DNA of 32,000 nt, taken from positions 1,080,001 to 1,112,000 of the forward strand of contig NZ_LN831039.1 of the NCBI RefSeq assembly GCF_001457595.1, read 5' to 3'. Positions 26,925-32,000 of the stretch are shown here, piece after piece. Origin of the DNA: Mycolicibacterium smegmatis (GTDB lineage Bacteria > Actinomycetota > Actinomycetes > Mycobacteriales > Mycobacteriaceae). The notes beneath the pieces are model-generated. The model was not told where the DNA came from. It did not search any database and was given only the letters and a program-made list of their open reading frames with translations. The stretch's first letter is position 1, and the number at the start of each line of letters is the position of its first letter. Made by a program: the position numbers and the translations under genes.

Positions 26925-27545
26925 TCAGTAGAGGATTTTGCGGAGGTTGTCCTCGGCGTAGTACTCGTCGAGTTCCTTGTCGCTCATATCGGGTTTGAAC
27001 GCCTTGGCCAACTGTGCCACCGACGGCACCGCGGTGGGATTCCACGTTTCGGGCTTCCATGTGTCCGAGCGCAGGAAAGCCTTGGCGCAGTGGAAGAAAA
27101 CCTCTTCGATGCTGATCTCCAGCGCCAGGATGGGGCGCTTGCCGTCGACCACCATGTCGTCGAAATAATCGGCGTCGGACAGGATTTTCGCGGTGCCGTT
27201 GATCCGCAACGTGTCACCGCGGCCGGGAATGAGGAACACCGTGCCGACGTGCGGTTGCTGCAGGACATTCAGATAACCGTCGACGCGTTTGTTGCCCGGT
27301 CGTTCCGGAATGGCGATCGTGGTGTCGTCGATGACGCGCACGAATCCCGGCGGATCGCCCTTGGGGGAGACGTCGACGCGCCCCTCGGCGTCGGTGGTCG
27401 CGACGAAACACAGCGGTGAGGCGGCAAGCCAGTCCTGCTGTACTTCGGAGAGTCGCGCGGTGACCTTGTTCGCGACGTATTTGTTGGGGTGTCCGACGAT
27501 GGCACGCAGTTCGTCCACTGAGGTGACCTCTTGGCGCATGTTCAC
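26925..27545 (-). CDS. Pyridoxamine 5'-phosphate oxidase-family (split-barrel FMN-binding) protein
   Basis: WLAASPLCFVATTDAEGRVDVSPKGDPPGFVRVIDDTTIAIPERPGNKRVDGYLNVLQQPHVGTVFLIPGRGDTLRINGTAKI. Confidence 0.9.
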   Translation of the reverse strand: MNMRQEVTSVDELRAIVGHPNKYVANKVTARLSEVQQDWLAASPLCFVATTDAEGRVDVSPKGDPPGFVRVIDDTTIAIPERPGNKRVDGYLNVLQQPHVGTVFLIPGRGDTLRINGTAKILSDADYFDDMVVDGKRPILALEISIEEVFFHCAKAFLRSDTWKPETWNPTAVPSVAQLAKAFKPDMSDKELDEYYAEDNLRKILY

Positions 27546-27578
27546 ATCATGCCTGCACGCCGCAACCGGAAAAACCCC

Positions 27579-28619
27579 TCAACCGCCGAACCGGGCCACC
27601 AGGGCGCGCCGGTCGAGCTTTCCGATGCCGTGCCGGGGCAGTTCGTCGACCACATGCACCTCGCGTGGCGCGGCCGTGGCGTCGAGGGTCAGCGCGACGT
27701 GCGAGCGCAGTTCGGCGAGTTCGGGGAGCGGTGAACCCGCCGCGAGCACCACCGCGGCCACCACGCGCTGTCCCAACCGTTCGTCGGCCACCCCGAACAC
27801 CGCGGCCTCGGCGATCGCGGGGTGGGTCACCAACGCGGCCTCGACGAGTTGGGGCAGCACGGTCAGGCCGCCTGTGCTCACCGCGTCGTCGATGCGTCCC
27901 AGTACGCGCAGCGCACCCGAATCGTCAAGGACGCCAAGGTCATCGGTGCGAAACCAGCCCGGTTCGGAAAACGGGTCCGGCTCCACCGGATTGCGGTAGC
28001 CCTTCGCGACCGTCGCGCCGCCGAGTGAGATCCGCGAGTCCTCGATGCGGATCGTCACCCCCGCGAGCGGCACCCCGTCGTACACGCATCCGCCCGCGGT
28101 CTCGCTCATGCCGTAGGTACGGACCACTCGGACCCCGCCCGCGGCAGCGCGTTCGGCCATACCCGCAGGCATGGGTCCGCCGCCGATGAGCACCGCGTCG
28201 AGTTCGGCCAGCGCCGTGGTTGCCGCCGGATCGCGCAGTGCCTTGTCGAGTTGGATCGCGACCATCGACGCGTATTTGCGTCCCGGGCCCAATCGCGCTA
28301 TGGCAGAGGGCAATTCGCCGGGTTCGAAACCGGCGGGAATGGTCACGGGTGTGGTGCCCGCCACGGTGCTGCGCACCAGCACCTGCAACCCGGCGATGTG
28401 GTGGGCGGGCAGTGCCAGCAACCATCGGCCCGCCCCGCCGAGGCGTTCGTAGGTGGCCTCGGCACTGGAGACCAGGGCGCTGCGTGTCAGCAACGCACCC
28501 TTGGGTGCACCCGTCGTCCCCGACGTCGAGACCACCACGGCGACGTCGTCGTCGATGGATTCTCCGGCGCGCAACGTCGATGTCAGCAGCGCGGTCTGGC
28601 GTCGGTCCGCAGCAGGCAC
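27579..28619 (-). CDS. menE: O-succinylbenzoate-CoA ligase (MenE); true N-terminus probably extends upstream to ~28718
   Basis: VVVSTSGTTGAPKGALLT AMP-binding motif, RTYGMSETAGGCVYDG, GYRNP...GWFRTDDLG, ELPRHGIGKLDRRAL. Confidence 0.93.
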   Translation of the reverse strand: MPAADRRQTALLTSTLRAGESIDDDVAVVVSTSGTTGAPKGALLTRSALVSSAEATYERLGGAGRWLLALPAHHIAGLQVLVRSTVAGTTPVTIPAGFEPGELPSAIARLGPGRKYASMVAIQLDKALRDPAATTALAELDAVLIGGGPMPAGMAERAAAGGVRVVRTYGMSETAGGCVYDGVPLAGVTIRIEDSRISLGGATVAKGYRNPVEPDPFSEPGWFRTDDLGVLDDSGALRVLGRIDDAVSTGGLTVLPQLVEAALVTHPAIAEAAVFGVADERLGQRVVAAVVLAAGSPLPELAELRSHVALTLDATAAPREVHVVDELPRHGIGKLDRRALVARFGG

Positions 28620-28714
28620 CGGCAGGATCGCGGATCCGCCGCCGGCCAGCAGATCCTCGAGGACGGTCAGCAGTTGCGCGGCCGACGCATCGACCGCGAC
28701 GGGGCGCAGGACGG

Positions 28715-29059
28715 CTATCGCGGGCCTCCCGATTCACCGTCGGGCTCCTCGCCGTCGCGCGGATCGTCGAGCGGCCAGCCCTGCAACGCAAGATGCCTGC
28801 GCACACGCTCGATGTCCTCTTCGCGTGGCATCTCGTCGGTCATCTGGGTTATCAGCACGCCGATGTCGATGTGGTCGAAGTGAGCACGTTTCTCCAGATC
28901 CTCCGCGATGGCCTTGATCTCGTCGTTGGTGAGCCGACGGGTCAACAATGCCAGCAGCGGCACCCGGTCGGGGCCGGGCACGCCCTCGGGGTACCCGGCG
29001 TTGAGCCAGGCCGCGATCTTGGCGAGAAATGCGTTCACGTCGAACTCCTGAGGCGGCAC
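28715..29059 (-). CDS. DUF3349-family protein
   Basis: FLAKIAAWLNAGYPEGVPGPDRVPLLALLTRRLTNDEIKAIAEDLEKR...; paralogous to 30872-31183. Confidence 0.88.
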   Translation of the reverse strand: MPPQEFDVNAFLAKIAAWLNAGYPEGVPGPDRVPLLALLTRRLTNDEIKAIAEDLEKRAHFDHIDIGVLITQMTDEMPREEDIERVRRHLALQGWPLDDPRDGEEPDGESGGPR

Positions 29060-29129
29060 CGAGGGGGAGCTGTCGGGTCAGGTATATCGGTATATCCACC
29101 GAGGATTTCACATACACGCCCACTCGGCT

Positions 29130-29145
29130 GGTGACGGCGGTCACA
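29130..29145. promoter_or_regulatory. CRP-like site
   Basis: GGTGACGGCGGTCACA: GTGA-N6-TCAC core, one base off TGTGA-N6-TCACA. Confidence 0.35.
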
Positions 29146-29206
29146 GCGAAATCGCCTCTCGCGGCGTCGATCCCGGCCGCGCCCGGGAAACGCATCACGG
29201 CGAGAA

Positions 29207-29224
29207 GATGAACAGTCGGTGAAC
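29207..29224 (-). promoter_or_regulatory. Pho-box-like direct repeat upstream of pit
   Basis: GATGAAC (29207-29213) AGTC GGTGAAC (29218-29224); minus strand GTTCACC-N4-GTTCATC, 11-bp period. Confidence 0.45.
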
Positions 29225-29319
29225 ACTGCCGTCAATGCAGGAAACACGCAGGTCAGACGCAGCATTTAGGACGGCTTGTCGCTGGTCAAATCGCTTCGCG
29301 ATCCAGCAGAATTGGCGGC

Positions 29320-30576
29320 ATGAGCGCAGAGCTTGTCGTGTTGGTGCTGCTGATAGCAACCGCACTTGCTTTCGACTTCACCAACGGCTTCCACGACACC
29401 GGCAATGCGATGGCCACCTCGATCGCAACCCGAGCGCTCAAGCCCAAGACCGCGGTCCTGCTGGCCGGCGTGCTCAACCTCGTCGGGGCGTTTCTCTCGG
29501 TCGAGGTCGCCATCACCGTCACCAGCTCGGTGCTCAAGATCCAGGATTCCTCGACCGGTCAGCTCGTCGGTTCGATCGACGCCTCGACCGGGCTCACCAT
29601 CATCTTCGCCGGCCTCATCGGCGGCATCCTGTGGAACCTGCTGACGTGGCTGTTCGGAATCCCGTCGAGCTCGTCGCACGCCCTGTTCGGCGGTTTGATC
29701 GGCGCCGGACTGGCCGCGATCGGCCTCGCCGGAGTCAACTGGGCCGGCGTCACCCAGAAGGTGCTGATCCCGGCGGTCGCCGCCCCCGTCATCGCCTGCC
29801 TGGTCGCGAGCTGCGGCACGTGGCTGATCTACCGCATCACCCGCAATGTCGCACAGAAGCGCCGCGAACAGGGCTTCCGTGTGGGCCAGATCGCGACGGC
29901 CTCGCTCGTGGCGCTGTCGCACGGCACCAACGACGCGCAGAAGACCATGGGCGTCATCGCGCTCGCGCTCATCACCACCGGACATCTCTCGGGCGACGTC
30001 AAGGAGAACGGCCTGCCGTTTTGGATCATCGCGTCGTGCGCGCTGGCCATCGGGCTGGGCACCTACCTCGGCGGCTGGCGCGTCATCCGCACGCTGGGCA
30101 AGGGCCTCGTCGAGATCGAATCTCCGCAGGGCCTGGCCGCCGAGGCGTCATCCGCCGCGATCATCCTGAGCTCTAGCGCTGCCGGTATGGCGCTGTCCAC
30201 CACCCACGTCGCCACCGGTTCGATCCTCGGCAGCGGCGTCGGCAAGCCCGGTGCCGAGGTGCGCTGGGCGGTCGCGGGCCGCATGGCGGTGGCGTGGCTC
30301 GTGACGCTGCCCGCCGCGGGCATCGTCGGTGCGCTGGCGTTCTGGCTGTCCCACGGGGTCGAGAAGCTGACCGGCTCGTCGCTGGCCGGTGACGGCCTGA
30401 TCTTCATGGTTCTCGTCGGCCTGTCGTTCTACATGTGGTGGCGTGCACAGCAGCAGAAGGTCGACCACAACAACGTCAACGCCGATTGGGACGAGACCAC
30501 CAACTCGGTGGTTCCCGCCGATCTGAAGGTGACCATCCCCGACAACTCCGAGCGCCCCACCCCCGCGGGTGTCTGA
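29320..30576 (+). CDS. pitA: Low-affinity inorganic phosphate transporter, Pit family
   Basis: FDFTNGFHDTGNAMATSIATRAL, and second repeat ALSHGTNDAQKTMGVIALALI; 11+ TM helices. Confidence 0.95.
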   Translation: MSAELVVLVLLIATALAFDFTNGFHDTGNAMATSIATRALKPKTAVLLAGVLNLVGAFLSVEVAITVTSSVLKIQDSSTGQLVGSIDASTGLTIIFAGLIGGILWNLLTWLFGIPSSSSHALFGGLIGAGLAAIGLAGVNWAGVTQKVLIPAVAAPVIACLVASCGTWLIYRITRNVAQKRREQGFRVGQIATASLVALSHGTNDAQKTMGVIALALITTGHLSGDVKENGLPFWIIASCALAIGLGTYLGGWRVIRTLGKGLVEIESPQGLAAEASSAAIILSSSAAGMALSTTHVATGSILGSGVGKPGAEVRWAVAGRMAVAWLVTLPAAGIVGALAFWLSHGVEKLTGSSLAGDGLIFMVLVGLSFYMWWRAQQQKVDHNNVNADWDETTNSVVPADLKVTIPDNSERPTPAGV

Positions 30577-30591
30577 CCTGAAGGAACGTTG

Positions 30592-30870
30592 ATGACCTAC
30601 CTGGAATCCATCATGAAGGTTCTGGTGGTCGGGTTGATCCTCGGCGCCGGACTGCCCGCGCTGTTCGCCACCGGCCTGCTCGCGTTCGCGGGCACCGACG
30701 CCGACGCCGACGGTACCGCCGCGGCACGCAACCCGATGATGAAGTTCCTGGGCCTGGCGCTGTTCGTGTTCGTGGGTGCGGTGATCCTGGTCGCGATCCT
30801 GTGGATCACGCGCGGCACCATCATCCACCACACCGGTGTCGACCTTTTCCCGTTCCTTCCGAGGAAGTGA
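30592..30870 (+). CDS. Small membrane protein in pit operon
   Basis: AAGGAA RBS at 30581; two TM helices: MKVLVVGLILGAGLPALFATGLLAFAG..., FLGLALFVFVGAVILVAILWITRG. Confidence 0.85.
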   Translation: MTYLESIMKVLVVGLILGAGLPALFATGLLAFAGTDADADGTAAARNPMMKFLGLALFVFVGAVILVAILWITRGTIIHHTGVDLFPFLPRK

Positions 30871-30871
30871 C

Positions 30872-31183
30872 ATGACCGAGACGACGACGACCTTCATGGA
30901 CAACGTCCTCGGTTGGCTGCGCAAGGGCTACCCCGAGGGCGTTCCGCCGAAAGACTATTTCGCGCTGCTGGCCCTGTTGAAGCGGTCGCTCACCGAGGAC
31001 GAGGTGGTGCGCGCGGCGCAGGCGATCCTGCGTTCCACCGATGGCCAGAGCCCGGTGACCGACGACGACATCCGCAACGCGGTGCACCAGATCATCGAGA
31101 AGGAACCGACCGCCGAGGAGATCAACCAGGTCGCCGCGCGGCTGGCATCGGTGGGCTGGCCGTTGGCCGTTCCGGTGCGCTAG
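30872..31183 (+). CDS. DUF3349-family protein (second paralog)
   Basis: GAGGAAG RBS; MTETTTTFMDNVLGWLRKGYPEGVPPKDYFALLALLKRSLTEDEVVRAAQAIL. Confidence 0.88.
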   Translation: MTETTTTFMDNVLGWLRKGYPEGVPPKDYFALLALLKRSLTEDEVVRAAQAILRSTDGQSPVTDDDIRNAVHQIIEKEPTAEEINQVAARLASVGWPLAVPVR

Positions 31184-31200
31184 GCCGGTGCGCTGAGCGC

Positions 31201-31572
31201 CTAATCCCGCACGTCGCGCCGCAGCGGATGCGTCGAGGGCACCTGGACGAAGATCAGCGTGATGCCGTCGGGGTCGGTCACGTGCATCTCGTGCAGACCC
31301 CACGGTTCCTGTTTGGCCGGCCGCGTGATCGGCACCCCGCGACCCTCGAGCTCCTGCTGCGCGGCGTAGATGTCGCGCACCTGCAACCACAGGCTGCCGC
31401 CTCCCGACGGTTCGCCGTGGCCGGCGATCTCGATCAGCGACTGACCGGCGTAGAACACTGTGCCGCCGGGGTATTCACGCGCGATCGCCAGGCCGATCCC
31501 GTCGCGGTAGAACTCGAGCGATTTCTCGTAGTCGACCGGTCGGATCAACATCCGGCTGGCCAGGATCTCCAT
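31201..31572 (-). CDS. VOC/glyoxalase-family protein
   Basis: MEILASRMLIRPVDYEKSLEFYRDGIGLAIAREYPGGTVFYAGQSLIEIAG...WGLHEMHVTDPDGITLIFVQ. Confidence 0.92.
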   Translation of the reverse strand: MEILASRMLIRPVDYEKSLEFYRDGIGLAIAREYPGGTVFYAGQSLIEIAGHGEPSGGGSLWLQVRDIYAAQQELEGRGVPITRPAKQEPWGLHEMHVTDPDGITLIFVQVPSTHPLRRDVRD

Positions 31573-31620
31573 GGTGTCTGTCTACCACCCTCGTTTGCCG
31601 CGCGGGCGGGCGACACGGGA

Positions 31621-32000
31621 TCAGTTCGGTCGCCGTGTCATGCGGCTGTGCCGGTCACTGGCACGCAGGCCGATTGCGAAGGCGGCCTGATCCTCGAAGT
31701 TCAGCGGGTTGCGGCCGGTGATCTCGTGGATGCGCGCGAGCCGGTGCCGCACGGTGTTGGTGTGCAGGAAGAGTTCGCGCGCGGTGTCGATGAGGGATCC
31801 GTTGGTGGCCAGAAACACCCGCAGCGTCCGCACGTGCTGGGTGCCGCGCTCGTGGTCGCTCTCGGCCAGGGGGTCGATGAGTTGCTGCTTGAACGGCGTG
31901 AGCCTGCTGAGCGGAAGGCCTTCCAGCAGACTGTCGAACGTGCTCAGCTGATCGGGCCCGATGCTGCCGCCGTGCTGACGTGCTAGGTCGAGCGCGATGC
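31621..32000 (-). CDS. PucR/CdaR-type regulator C-terminal HTH region, 5' end beyond window
   Basis: Minus frame stays open to the window edge (IALDLARQHGGSIGPDQLSTFDSLLEGLPLSRLTPFKQQLIDPLAESDHERGTQHVRTLRVFLATNGSLIDTARELFLHTNTVRHRLARIHEITGRNPLNFEDQAAF). Confidence 0.88.
   Translation of the reverse strand, partial: IALDLARQHGGSIGPDQLSTFDSLLEGLPLSRLTPFKQQLIDPLAESDHERGTQHVRTLRVFLATNGSLIDTARELFLHTNTVRHRLARIHEITGRNPLNFEDQAAFAIGLRASDRHSRMTRRPN

Noticed and set aside
31172-31194. Tandem CCGGTGCGCT (13-bp period) spanning the DUF3349 stop codon
   Set aside because: Short GC-rich duplication at a gene end with no clear function; could be a chance slippage product.
1-32000. CRISPR arrays, tRNAs, integrases, transposases or prophage genes
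   Set aside because: None seen by reading both strands; gene order outside 5.4-14.4 kb matches a conserved mycobacterial core region.

Overview
High-GC actinobacterial chromosome segment, almost certainly Mycobacterium or a fast-growing relative. Gene order matches the M. tuberculosis Rv0528-Rv0546c neighbourhood as I remember it: resB/ccsA, MinD-like, DUF4229, menA, MTA phosphorylase, epimerase, glycosyltransferases, menE, DUF3349, pit transporter, glyoxalase. The coding content is dense and no tRNA/rRNA, CRISPR array, integrase or transposase was found. The main accessory block (~5.4-14.4 kb) holds a small secreted protein, a DUF4118/GAF histidine kinase, a stand-alone receiver, a TAXI-type TRAP transporter (lipoprotein plus fused permease), a NarL-type regulator, and a TetR/MHS-type MFS pair. 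Items most worth a second look: (1) the TRAP locus framed by two-component parts, with five consecutive 11-nt units (four carrying TCAT) in the divergent promoter; (2) a large 20-bp-stem hairpin between convergent genes at 5651-5707; (3) a 24-bp near-perfect palindrome upstream of tetR, next to a second inverted repeat with the same half-sites; (4) a tightly coupled five-gene run: GT2, DUF2064, SAM methyltransferase, membrane-anchored molybdopterin oxidoreductase, membrane protein; (5) an Lsr2-like paralog with an expanded Lys/Ala linker; (6) menE reading-frame evidence for a non-canonical start; (7) Pho-box-like and CRP-like sites upstream of pit.
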